A stretch of 64,000 nucleotides of DNA, from contig JAAILG010001411.1 of assembly GCA_012026655.1 (NCBI GenBank), forward strand, positions 1 to 64,000, read 5' to 3'. Below are positions 14,201 through 27,290 of the stretch, one piece after another; the stretch's first letter is position 1; each line of letters opens with the position of its first letter. This stretch comes from Hydrolagus affinis (taxonomy: Eukaryota). Below the pieces are notes generated by a model. It was not told the origin of the DNA. It did not search any database and saw nothing but the letters and a program-made list of their open reading frames with translations. The translations under genes and the position numbers were made by a program.

Positions 14201-14375
14201 GGAGGCCTATAGCATAGTGGTTAGCTCGCATTGTAAGCGAGATACATGGGTTTGATTCCCAGGCAGGGCAAAACCTTAGGCAAGTTTCCTCTACATATCT
14301 CTTTTTATCTAGAAGTTAAGTAGCAACCTGATTGTTAATCGATTGGTGGATCACTTTCCAAAGACAATAATGTAT
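14201..14375 (+). mobile_element. SINE 5' part, extra-segment variant
   Basis: tRNA head plus gttaatcgattggtggatcac segment. Confidence 0.75.
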
Positions 14376-15764
14376 TATTGTTCCTTAGCTTTTCAGATAT
14401 GAATTACAAATAGTGACACCTGCTTTTAATTAGAAATGTGCATTTCCAACCTGTGGTAACTGTGCTCAATACAACATAATACATGGTTAACGTAATTTAA
14501 ATAAAGTATAGTAAAATATATGCTTACAAGTGATGACTGTGCCTGTGAGATACTTGGGTGAATGTGGTGGTAAATAAATCTGCACTTCGTGGATATAGGC
14601 AAATCAGAAAATGGGGAAAATCGTCAAACAATTATTTGCCACATTAAAGGGTATATGAATATTGAGGTGTTGTGATTATGATGTTACATCTGTACTTGGA
14701 TCCTTTGCTTTATGTTGGATGTCCAGATTTCCATATGGATTCTACTGCAAATTATTGCTGGTGAAGGTGGTGTTGTTTGTCTTAGTTATGGATTGTTTAA
14801 TTTACTGTTCTAGTCCCAGTAGTATTTATCTAGCTAGAGATAGTGAGAAAGTGCTGTTCTTGCTGCAATCATTTTGCATTGAGAGATGCATACCCAATTG
14901 GCCTGACAAACAAATTCAATATAAATAACATTAGAGTAATCAGACAACAGCCTCCTATGAAATATTTGGTTGCCATAGAATGGACAGCACAATATTAACT
15001 GAGAAGTTGGTGGCAGTCAAACCACCAGCAGCAGCCTTCACAAGGAGCTCTGACCTTCCCAAATAAATACTATAAATACTCCAGGATTTCTTTGCAAAGA
15101 CATGTCTAATGTGGATTCTCAAACTGCTCAGAGGGATAATTGTGGGATATCCTAAGTACAGTAACCGGCAGGTTCAGTGACCAATTTAATTTTTTCTACT
15201 ATGTAAAACAAATCAAATTGACAAAAAGGATTGTTTCTTTTGACAACAAAAAATAATATTTGGCATTTGTTATGAAAACATCTAATCCTCCTTCTCCGAC
15301 ATCATTCATATGTCCAGTTTCGACATCCAATTGAAATTGTAAACTTCTGTCACTCGTTTCTTGTGGTTTTATCTCTTAGCATGTCCACTTATATTGGTAC
15401 TTTGCAAACAAATAGCACCTGAGTTCAACCATGTTTTATCACAGGACATTATTGATTTGAAATTGCACAAAATGGTCAAAGTGGCTTGTTACCCTGATTA
15501 ATACATTCATGAGGTGCAAAGCAGTGTGTACAATATCTTTGCGTATTTACAAAGTCTGCAATGCAAAAAAATAATGATATGCAAAGCCAAGAATATAGGT
15601 TTGAACATGTGCAAGTAGTATTTGCCCTTTTCACACCAAAAATAACCCACTGTTGTAAAATTGACATATTGGCAGCTAAATTGGCATCAATTCATGATTA
15701 AATGCTGAATTCTAGGAACACAGAATTCGCAATACTGTATATATAAATATATGTAGATAATATA

Positions 15765-15869
15765 TAGGGTGGCCAAAAAGTTGTGGTAACTACCCAACTA
15801 TCTAAAAAATATATTTTCTATAAGGCGTATTAGACATTGTAATGGTATCACACCTTTTTGATTACCCAG
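15765..15869. mobile_element. ~105-bp Tc1/mariner-type MITE
   Basis: Imperfect TIRs tagggtggccaaaaagttgtg / cacacctttttgattacccag in a TA-rich context. Confidence 0.6.
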
Positions 15870-16408
15870 CATATATATATTCACAAAGAATCTTAAAGGG
15901 GCCGTTTACACTATTATTTGGAGGTAGTCAATTTAAAATATTTATCTGTTAGGGTGAATAATTCACGATCCAGCAATTTGCTGTTTAGAATTACATGCAA
16001 AATATTCAGCTGTCACTGATACTTTAATCAGCTCTGTGTCATGTGGATTGTATACCATAAGCTGTGATAGTAAACTAAATTGTGAAAGCCAGGTTGACAA
16101 AAGATTAATATCCCAGATCTGTGTGTAACCCAGTGTTATATTCTCCTCTGCAATCTCCTAAAACTCATTTTACCAGCCCATATCTTTTCCTCTAACAATT
16201 CTGATCAATTGTTTGTTTCTCAGTCTTCCTGTTCTGAGCTTTCAGCCATTGTGGCCCTAGCCTCGAGAAATCTTCCAAAACCTCTTTGCCCTGCTTCCTC
16301 TCATTTTACCTTCAAAACCCTCCTAAAAGATATCTTTTCAGCAATGCTTTTGGTTAACAAAATCCAACCAGCCTTCTTTTCTGCTATGGTGTTCCCTAAC
16401 ATTCATTT

Positions 16409-16778
16409 AATAATAATAATCCTTGCATTTGATGTAGCGCTTTTCACATAAGAACATAAGAATAAGGAGCAGGAGTAGGCCATTTGGCCCCTCGAGCCTT
16501 CCCCGATTCAATAAGATCATGACTGATCTTCTAATCTAACTCCATCAGCCCGCCTTATCCCATATCCCTTAATCCCTTTATCCATAAGAAATCTATCAAC
16601 GCTGCATTCAAGTGGTAGAACGCCAGTTCTACCATTTTAATCTTGACACATTTCCACGTCTTCTAGACTTCTCAAAGCGCTTCACAGAATACACTGTAAA
16701 GTGAATTGAATGTATATCTCTGAGTGAAACGCTGCAGCCAATTGCACACAGCAGTGTCCCACAAAAACTCGTGGATTG
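16409..16778 (-). mobile_element. SINE 3' half with a nested CR1 tail (16447-16600)
   Basis: SINE breaks at ttttcac and resumes at cacgtcttctag; the insert starts cataagaacataagaa...ggagcaggagtaggccatt (reverse complement of a CR1 3' end). Confidence 0.85.
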
Positions 16779-19700
16779 AGTGGACTCGTTGGAAAGGTGA
16801 ATGCTCAGTGGTTCAATTTCTAGTGAAAGGCACTATGTGAATGTAAATTCTTATTTTGATAATTGCACATTCACAGATTAGTCTCATTCGCAACCAATGA
16901 CTGGGAGCAGCACCTATTCAATGTTCTTTTTGATCTATTATCCACTGGACTGCCAAGTTGACTGATCTTCTTCTGTGGAGTGTTTGACTGTGGGTGTGGG
17001 TGTTGATGAGGCAGCTGAGATGGGTGACCCACCTTTGGAGAAAACCCAGACTATCTTATCTTCAAGCAATCTATTTATGTCAATTCTCTTGGGAGGGAAG
17101 ATCCGTTTAGAGGATTATAATGTCACTGGGAGCTAATTCATCTCCTCTTTCAGTGGAGAAAGAATGCATGAAGTAGCTACGAATGGAAGAAACTAAATAG
17201 AAAAAAATAAAGGGAGTAGTGATAGCTAGTGATAGTATTTACAATATACTGTATATATTTATTTGCTCAATCTCATAGGACAACGTAAATAATACCAGCT
17301 GTAGAGAACCTTGAAATAAAACAATCTCATATGTCCTTTGGCTGTACACTTTATTGAATTATAAAAACACTCACTCAATGTACATCATCCAAGCTGAGCA
17401 ATTTAGATATGGGAAAATATCTGTGAAATATATTGATTGCATTATTGATTCAGAAGCCAATTGCTGTTGAACGCCAGGTCTACCATTTTAATCCTGACAC
17501 ATTTTGACATATGAACCAACCATTGCTGCTGCTACTGCCTGGAGCCAGTAACAACTCAACATGATAGAGAGTGGTGGTAAGGGATGGTGGAAAGGAAGTG
17601 TATGGAAGGGAAAGGAGAGGGAGTGGTGTCTGTGTGCTGGATGAGGGTAGGGGCTGCCTTAAAAAAGTTTATTTAAAAATGTTTTTACAAAAACCTATGG
17701 ATTGCAAAAATAAAAAATCTTGAATAAATAATTAATCCCTGCCTTTTGAAGAGCTTTACTTCAAGGTTGATTGAAACTTTAACCTCGGTCTCAATAAAAA
17801 AGCTTCAAATTTGCCAGACCTTGAATTTTTACAACAGTATGTTGAATTATGCAGCAATCAGTCAATTATTCATCTCTCCCAGATCGAGATGGCAGTGCTT
17901 GAAAAGCATGCAGAAATGGCTTTACCAAGTACTATGCTGTGTCAACACATTTCACTCCAGATTGCTTACAAGACAAATTTTTGTTTTAACATTGATTCTA
18001 TTATTTTCCTGCTGGTTTGTAATAAGGTATGTGTTACAGATCAATTGTAGTCTTTAGGTTTGTGGCTTGGATAAAGCAGTTAATTTTCACATCACTGGAT
18101 TTCTTTTATAAAGGTTTATTCGGTTAGTATATTTGACTGGTTAATTTGTATTTGAGAAGTAAGCAAAAATATTTTACTACGAGGAAATAAATATCCCGCT
18201 TCCAGCTATTCATGTCCTTCAAGGTGCTTATTATACAAAACAAATATATTAAAGGTTAAATGTAAATAGGCTTAGACCAATATTTGTCATGGCCCTTCTT
18301 AATGTTGAACTTGTTTTGAAAGGCAAAGAAACTCATTTGAAATCCTTTCGTCTCAGGAATAGAAGAGATCAAACAGCATGTTGACGAGATGAATAATTCT
18401 TTGCTTTGTTCCTGAATGAAAAGCAGAAGTAAATACACAAATAACTGCATCATCAATACGAAAATGTACATAAATAAATCATGCAGATGCAAGCAGTTTG
18501 CTTGGCTGGCGGTACAATTATGGAAAAAATGCTTGTTTAACAAGAACCAAGGACTATGCTTTTATGCTGTTCTGCGCTACAGTAATTCATTTCAGGAAAA
18601 CAACATTTGAATGTACACAAATCTTGAGTGCATTGTTCTCTTGCCACTGTAAATAGCTGACTTTCTGTTGTTTTTTGTCTATCTCAGTAACTAAATATCC
18701 TTGCAATGTCACAATATCATATAAACTGCCTCAATCTTAACCCATGTTGAACCAAATCTGCTTTCTTTGGACTTTTATCTATTTAAAGATAATATTTTCT
18801 GGCAGGGGGTGATTTTGCATTTCCAAAGCTTTTGTGATTGTGAAACAAAATGATAAATGTTTTGACATTTAAAAAAAATACAAAATGCAGATCCTTAGTA
18901 AGGCTGCAGGGGTTCAAAAAGGATAGATTTTCTTCAGTTATTAGCAGTGGCTTGGAAAATACACTGAAAGGCTTTATTTTGCTAATCCTCTTAGTTTTTA
19001 ATGAGCAACTGTTCCAAAAGTTGTGAGGAACAGCCTCTGGAACATTCAGCAAAATAACACTTTTCTCCCAGTCTTCTATTTACACATGGCTTTGTTTCTC
19101 ACTGAAGATCTTTTATTCTAAAGACCATTCTCAACAATAATTTATCTGCGTATGATTTCTGGTGGATTTTTTATGTTTGTTTTTGTTAAAGTATTTGCCT
19201 TCAAATTAACAACCTTATCAATTCCAATGTGAAAGCTTTCATTTGGTTCTTGGATGTTAATATAGAATACCATCTTCAACTATAAGTGAATCCTACATAA
19301 AAACAAATCATCATCAATAACAACAACAACGATTTATATAGCACCCTCCACCCCGGACAGCATCTCAGAGCACTTAAATGATCTGCGATCACAGATCACT
19401 GTTAACACAATGTTTCTTCTAAACAATATTATCAGTGTTTATTAGATTTTTTCGTGAAGTCACAGGGGGAAAAAAAGTACATTTTGAGAGAAACCTATTT
19501 CTGTCAGGGTCTAATGCAAACATTCATCCTGTGGGATTGAACATGAATCCACTATTAGGCAAGTTTTGTTGGAACCCTAATATGCAGTACAGTAGTGTGG
19601 AAAAATTAGCCTGTTTTCTGGAACTCTGCCCCTCCACCTCACACCCTCTTTACCTTTTAAATCCACCTTACAATTTACCTCTTTGACCTTTTTTTGGGGG

Positions 19701-20499
19701 TCATCTTTTTCCTCGCCTCGCCCTGGGTTGGGGTGGTACTCGCATTGTGAAAGCTACTCTGCAAATGTAAATTGTAATGTATTTGCAAACCGGATTTGTT
19801 GAGCTAAATCAGACTTCTAGTTTGAATTGTAATTTTTGCAAACATAATTTGATCTGTTTGTTGCAAATTGTGATTGATGACTATCAAATTGGCATTGTTT
19901 TCCTCTCAATTTTTTTTTAAACTTGGCTGATTTTCGGGACTTGGAACTTATTAGTCACAAATCGGAAACGTTGAATCTTTGATCACAAATCTTGTAGTCT
20001 GATTAAGAACAGAAGAAAACGTGGAACCAGTAAAGGGCATTTAAACTGCTACTTCTTTCACAGAACTGTGAAACGTGTGCCTTAATGTTGGCATGTGATA
20101 CACTCTAACTCCCATTTTATTGAGGAAAATGCTACATGAATAAACCCTGAATGCCAAAGTTAAACAAGCAAAAGTCAGAAACTTTTTTGATGTCAAATAT
20201 ACAGTACATGTTTATGCCTACCATATACATTGTGTTGCATATCTCACAGTCATAGTCTTAAGACCATGGTTTTACAATATAAGATTTTACTGAATTTGGA
20301 AAATACATAAATTCAGTCTTAATTTTTTTCACAGTACAGTACTTCTTAAAGTTGCATATATCACTAATCCATAGTAATAATGATACACAAGATGTGATTA
20401 TATATCCGCAAGTGTGATTGATAAGGTGATGAACAAGTGTCAAAGGTCACAAGTGGATTAGGGGTGGCCTTACCGAATAAGTGTTTGCCACATTGCAAG

Positions 20500-20800
20500 A
20501 TGTATCCCAATGGCTGTTTGCTGCATTGTTAGAGTTCCTGTTGTTCAAATGAAAGTTTAAACCAAGGTCCTGTCTGCCTGTGAAGGTGGATGTTAAATAT
20601 CCTTCAGCACTATTTAAAAAGAGAATGGAATTACTCTGTGTCCTAGCCAATATTCCCCAAATACAATTACTCATTCACTTCAGGGCTGTTTGCAGATGTA
20701 TGCAAAGTAGGCAATCGCATTAACCTAAAAAAATACACGATGGTCCTGTGAAGCATTTTCCCAGTAGGAAAGGCACTAAATCAAATGCAAAGATTATTAT
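20500..20800 (+). mobile_element. Old DeuSINE
   Basis: ggtggatgttaaatatccttcagcactattt...gtgtcctagccaatattccc Deu domain. Confidence 0.7.
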
Positions 20801-22153
20801 GATACAAGTTGTGTCTCTTCAATTGAAGAAAAATTGAAAATACTGTAATGAAATACTGTAACTGGAATGTGTAATCAATGACCAAGTGACAGAGGCCTTA
20901 TTTAAGTCAGCTTGATGTTGTACTGAGAAGATACAGTGAGCATTCTGGGTGAGATCAATGGACCAAAAGGCCTTCTTCATCCTAATCTCTCATGATATTG
21001 TGAAATGCAGTACAGTATTGTAAAAGTTGCAACCAGAAAAATAATTTCCACTTGATGGTGCAACTTTGTTGTAGTCATGCCAATCAAAATTTTAATTGTC
21101 AGTTTCCCACTGTTTAAGCCTCGCATATATAACCTAGGTTCTCTTTGTTCTTAGTAATATAGTCAGAAGAGATAAAGCAAAATATATTCCCCATAATGTC
21201 TAGTGTTGCCACACAAAATTTAAAGATCAATTCCAGTCTTAGTAAATTCATTATCTCTCTCTTCTTTACTCTATTTTTTCCTTTTTAATCTTCCTTCTAG
21301 TTTTAGGAAATGCCCCCAACATAAAAGACACTATATAATAAATATGTATTACGTTGCAATCTCTAGGTCCTGCCGCTCCTTGTTCTCCCGTGGGCCAGTC
21401 ACTTCCTTTCTTGTCAACAATTCCTGGTATCTTCCTCCTGAGTCTTGAAATGTTTTCCTAGCTTTAATAACCATTACGATAACATTTAAGATCATGCAGA
21501 ATTTTAGAAAATTTAGCAAATCAGCTTCAGTATATCTTTAAGCTAGCTCTTTTTGAGAACTGTGTAATACTGACTTCTGAAAGAAGACTGAATTTGAGAT
21601 TTTAAAATCGTCACTATGATCAAATTTTAGATAATCGACTTAAGGGGCTTAACATCATGTGCAATAATAATATATTTAATACAGCACCTTCCTGAAATAA
21701 TAGTCTCCTAGAAAGTGCCGTTACTGTGTATATTGTGGGTCGAGTGAATTGAGACCTTTGGTCTTTACCTGTCGTGACTATTCTATAGCTATCTAGCAGG
21801 TATTGTTTCAAACAACTGAATCTTGTTTGGTTCAAGAATAAATGCCAAGCAAATAAATACCAATTTACTTCAAACTATTCAAGTACCCCTTGAAGTATCA
21901 ACAGGTTGAGCAATTTGGTGCTTGTGACAAACAAACCAATGCCTAATTTGGGCCCATTTAATTTGCCCAGCCACAGGCAAGAGAAAGACTGGTGCAGTAT
22001 ATCTCACTCATGAAGGGAAATGTAGTATCTAACCAAACAGTGTTTAATCTCCTTTATGTATTAGCATCTCAGCTGGGAGAGATATCTTGAAATAAATCAA
22101 AGAGCCAACAGAAGTGTGCAATAAACACCAGTGAAATGGAGATTTCAGACAAT

Positions 22154-22159
22154 TTTATT
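22154..22159 (-). terminator. Putative polyadenylation signal AATAAA
   Basis: Plus-strand tttatt; on the minus strand it is preceded by U-rich/UGUA elements and followed by ctggtgtttattg (GU-rich). Confidence 0.65.
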
Positions 22160-22253
22160 AGCAGATTGTTGAAAAGAAAGAAAATTAAATACAATACAGT
22201 AAACGTGGTTCTCACATTTAAACCAGGCTCAAATAACTAAGCTACTATAGAAA

Positions 22254-22390
22254 NNNNNNNNNNNNNNNNNNNNNNNNNNNNNNNNNNNNNNNNNNNNNNN
22301 NNNNNNNNNNNNNNNNNNNNNNNNNNNNNNNNNNNNNNNNNNNNNNNNNNNNNNNNNNNNNNNNNNNNNNNNNNNNNNNNNNNNNNNNNN
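22254..22390. other. Assembly gap (137 N) inside the 3' UTR
   Basis: Run of N. Confidence 1.
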
Positions 22391-25300
22391 AAGATGTGTG
22401 TTGTGTTCCAAGGGCTTGCATAGAGCGCAAATGTGGTTATAATACAGAATACCTAAACATTAATACGTTCAATATGAAAAGCAAATAAACAATAATGTGA
22501 AAATGTATTGTACTGAGAGTCTATGAACAGAGAACGTAATAAACATCAGAACTGGGGTAACAACCTACAATACAACTTCTTATGACGTTTGCTTAAAAAC
22601 CTGCAACAATATTCTGCAGCATTCCTTCATTCGAAATCCTTTAAGAGATCTGGTCAATTCCTATTGTCGTTTACCCTATTCACTTGTGTTTCACAACGTA
22701 ACGTATTTGGCATTTCAAAGAGATTAACAGAAGATGACAGGCGGTGTTGTAATAAATGTCGAAGTGCTAGCCCCACCACTTCTTGTGCTAACCAACAGTA
22801 TGGGCCCCATTTATTTTGGCAAGGTAAGGTTATATTAATTGTCTAAACAGTATTGTGTTAATCCTTGAAATGCTTGTCATGGCATTTGTTGTGCTAGCCT
22901 TTTGAGGGAGAAGAAATTGTCCTTTTTATTAGTTGCTCTAGTGGTGACCTGCATTAAAACAAAGACTCTATGCAAGGAACAGAGGAACAACAAATGCTCG
23001 GTGAGTGTTTAAATGTTTCTTCTCTCAAAACAGAAGGATCACATGGAGAAGTTTTTTCTTACCCAAATGCACATCAATATAGACATTAATCCTTTCAAGA
23101 CCATCACAGCAATAACAAAAATGAGCTGCTCCCTTTGTCTCCCTATTGCCAGTATTGAGATATCCTATCCTGCATAAATCAGTGGAGAGGTGGCAACTCT
23201 TGGTGAACCAGCCGTTGCCTTTGTTTTTCACACAGCTACACCCATCCTCCTATATCTAGGTTTTTTGGGTGGGGTTTCGAGACATTTGCTAAAAATCTCA
23301 CCACCCAGTCGTTGATTTTCATATCAAGTTACATGTTAACCTGGGGTCTAGAAGCCAATATCTGCAACAGCAGTGAGAAATACAACTCTGAAACACAATT
23401 AGCAACTGTTTTCAGTAACCTGTAGTGAGCCACACTAACCCATATGAACTCCACTCCAGCACAATCTAATTGTGGAGCAGAGGTCCCACTGATTGATGAG
23501 AATCTCTTCAGGTTGCTGTCCAGATTGCAATTTGAGACACCCAATGTTTATCAAACGTACATCCCTGGATCGGGGCCATTTTAAACTGGCCTAAGCTCAT
23601 TTCAAATGTACAGACATATGTATTCGTATACATACAAAAACAGATTGCTAAACTCAGTCTGGCTCATCAAATTTACAATAAGATTTAGCATTTATTTTTC
23701 CTTCAGTGGTGTAAATCAGATGTTTAATCCTAGATTTGTGACCTGTTCCCTGGCAATTTGAGTCCAATAGTCCTTTTGTTCCCATTGTTTTAGAAATGAC
23801 TTACAAAGAATTCCATTAGCATCCACCTGGATTGCCCAATTCCGGTAAGGGAAGCCAACACAGCTGTGAAGGTGAAGGAATCCTGAGGGCTTTCTGACAC
23901 GCACCAGCTCATCCGATCCAATGGGTTGAGTTATCTTAAATTCACAAATACTATGAATAAGACAAGGTATGACCGGGGTTGGACTTGTTCTGCATAACAT
24001 GGCCCATGGCAGCAGCTACCTTCACAAGGACAGTCTTTTAAGGGTTACCATGGCAGTGAACAAAGGCAAAACTAAACAGAAAAAGCTACACTACCCAATT
24101 AGCACTGTGTTGGGAGTTTACTTCCAATTATTTGTACAAAGGTGAACACACAGTTTATCAAAGACAGTGATAATTACACATAACCATCCTTCCCTATTAC
24201 ACAGGGAGAATACAGACTTCAACTCACCACTCAGCTAGGTTTGCTTTCTCAACTGTTACATCAAGTATTGTAAAGATCCTATTTTTAAACAGCGACACCT
24301 CAAGGCGACGTGAAAATAATAAATTTTAAAAATGTAGCATTTTGATCCGCCTGACTGCACCACCACAAATCTTAATTAATATCATCAGTTCTGTATCAGA
24401 GAGCAGAGACAGGCTCTCCTCACGTGTGGCAGGCAGAAAGGACTTCCGACCTGTCATGCTGAATCTGCGGTGGTGCATGACAGACAGACACCAAGGATCC
24501 TGTTCAGTAATACTGTGACTTGAGAACAAATATTTACATGCCTGCATGCTTTGTTAATGAGCTTTAAAACTTAAAATGCGCTTCTGGAACAAACAGAATG
24601 ACAAAACATAACAGCATCTAAATTTTGAAAGTACTGTATTTTTTTCTTCTAGTAATCTACTGCATACACATTATCTCCCTGTGTCATATTATATACACAT
24701 GACCAGCAGCTCGGCTAAAAGAAGCAAACATTATTCACAAACCTCTGCCTGTGTGGAACACATGAGTTATATACTTTTTGTGACTTTTGAAACAACTTAC
24801 ATTCACTTTTTTTTCCATTTTATTTAAATTCTGTATCCTAAAACTGAGAAATATCGTAATGCTATGGTTAGCTGCTGTGTGCCTTACTGGAATACTCAAT
24901 GCAGCTCTCTCTCTCCTTCTCTTGAAGAATCTCTCTCCTTCCATTTATCATCACACTAGTGTGACATTACTTGATATGCAAACTTGATTACTACATTACT
25001 TGATTTGTCCAATAAATTCCACCAAAATCAGGAAAAAAATTCCAGAGCTTTCTTGCTGGTTTGAGCAGGGCACTCGTGACAAAGTGAAAAACACAGTTTA
25101 TTTTTCTTTAAAAAATGCTTTCTTCACTTTTTCATTTCACTAACTGCAGATATTTTTTTGCACAAGGTGTTCAGGACAGAACTGTCACAAATGGTCACAC
25201 TTTCTTCCAGGAACAAAGTACAGAGCCTAAGTCTGAGTCTCAGAATCCAACATGCCCATCAGCAGTGAGTGCCTGAATGCAGTGGTAACTTGTGATACCG

Positions 25301-25557
25301 GTTGTGTTATTTCATATTCAGCAGAGTGCCCGCTTGAGAGAGTTCTGCTGTAGAAATCAGTTGCTGGAGAGGAATGCTGTAGTAATACATTAAACATTTC
25401 ATGGATGACAAAGTAACATAGATATGCAGACTGGGAGAAGCTACTTCAAAAACAGAGTTGTCTCCTTGTTCCAGGAGGCCCTTTTTCAAAAATTCGTTTA
25501 AATCTTTTTTTTTGTCCTAAGTGTCTTTTTGCATCACGTGGTTTCTTTCTGCACACT

Positions 25558-25595
25558 TCAGTACATGACCGAAGTTTTCAGGTACAGTCTTCCAT
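25558..25595 (-). CDS. DACH1: DACH1 terminal coding exon (~exon 11) with stop codon
   Basis: Acceptor tttcctccccccag|AT; (D)GRLYLKTSVMY-TGA, like the human C-terminus DGRLYLKTTVMY; phase continuous with the previous exon. Confidence 0.95.
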
Positions 25596-26934
25596 CTGGG
25601 GGGAGGAAATAAAAACAAAGATCAGTGACCTGGACGGATAAATTGCATGAAGAAGGCACAAAGCTGGTTGTAGAGGTTTTAAAGTGTCACTCTAATATCT
25701 GACTTAAACACTGGGCAAGACACTGGCACATCACCACATAGGTATCCCTCACTTGGAATGGTATGAGTCATAGGTGGAACATGCCTTATTGTCACTACAC
25801 TATGGTTGTTTGGCAAAAATTTAAGTTTCTATGCCTGAAGATGTCAGCTTCTGTCCTGGTGTAACTAGAATGAATTGAATTTGTTTCAGAGGTACTCTTA
25901 CCCAACTGGGTTAGTTGTAAATATAAGACACACAATGTAAAGAAGTTTCAACAACCTGCACTACCTGTCTAAACAGTAGAGGGTGGAAGCATTTCCTTTC
26001 CATCAATGGATTCATTTTGTTAATGCATCAAAGATGCTTAATAGCACATTGCATTCTGAAAACATGCCTCCTCCAAATCAGTAAATACAGCCTATAAAGG
26101 CAAATTTTCCCCTAATGCAGGGCAGATTTTCAACCCTTTAAAGGTTGAATATTAAGCAGAAAAAGAAATTTAAATCAAAGATTACAATATGAAAGGCGTG
26201 CTTTTTTTAATTTAAGAATAATGTAGATTTCCAATGGCTGCATGTTAAATAAATTGTGCTCTGACCAGGGGCTAAACGGAGGATACATGCAATTGATCCC
26301 AGCTGCAGTATTTCCTGACTCTATTGACTGTTTTAAAACTACAGTGTCCCACTGTCTCTAAATGTCTCTGACCCAAAGGTAGAAGTGCTACCTGTTTATG
26401 CATTAATCGTCCTTTGGGATTCCTTGTGAAGTTATTTTAAGTTCTCCCAGTGAGGAAGAGGCCACTTGGCATCAGGTCCTTCATGTCCTGTGATCAGGAA
26501 TTATGGAAAAATCCTTGAGGAAATGATTCTCCAATCATTCACACCTGAGTCCCACTAGCAATGGATTTTAATATACAGTATGGCTCACTGTGCCAACAAA
26601 AAGCAACTTCTGTGGAAAGTAGACCTTTTTGTATTTAATATTTGTTTGATACCTGATGTAACAAAACTGCTATTTTTGACCCATGTGCCACTGAGGAGAA
26701 ACCTAGGTTTCCTAGTCTCTCCTCTGCTGTTTAAAATATTAAATATGGTATTTTTTTTAAAAAAGAAAAGAATGCTAACTTCTAGAATATTTTGCTTTCA
26801 GGGTGGATGAATTTTTTTTTCTCAAAACCCCCCACAAATTTATTGCATTGACCTAAATTTGTCACCAAGTGTTGTGTGTGTGCCAATATAAATAAGCCAC
26901 CAAAATATTAAAGTTCACCTGGCCCTTTATATAA

Positions 26935-27290
26935 GAATATAAGAAATGCTAGACGATAAAACACCAAGGTCCACCTTGTTTGCCTTGCACCTTCTTGGTC
27001 ACATGCTCGTATGTCCCAAACTACGTATGTACAATATCCCATAATGTTATTTCCCAGAAGAAAACTATCTAATCTGTGTTTGAAAGAATCAACACTTTCC
27101 TGCTTCAAGCATCTCCTGAGTGAGCCTGTTCTACATTTCACTATTCGCTCACTGAAATAGTGTTTGCATAGATTTGTCCTGAATTTGTCTCCGTTCAATC
27201 GCAGGCTGTGTCCTTTGGTTATACAATTCTGGACAAGATGAAACAGCCTGTCATGATCTATATTGTCTTGCCCCTTTAGATTCTTAAAGA
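26935..27290 (-). mobile_element. CR1 LINE 3' end
   Basis: ORF 26908..27198 contains GDKFRTNLCKHYFSERIV...FKHRLDSFL; short-repeat tail. Confidence 0.85.

Larger units (their letters stand above)
22135..25557 (-). other. DACH1: DACH1 3' UTR (~3.4 kb)
   Basis: Follows the TGA, has no recognisable SINE, is AU-rich and ends at an AATAAA with a downstream GU-rich tract; the exact end is inferred. Confidence 0.7.

Noticed and set aside
22229-22430. ORFs containing X runs
   Set aside because: Artefacts of the N gap
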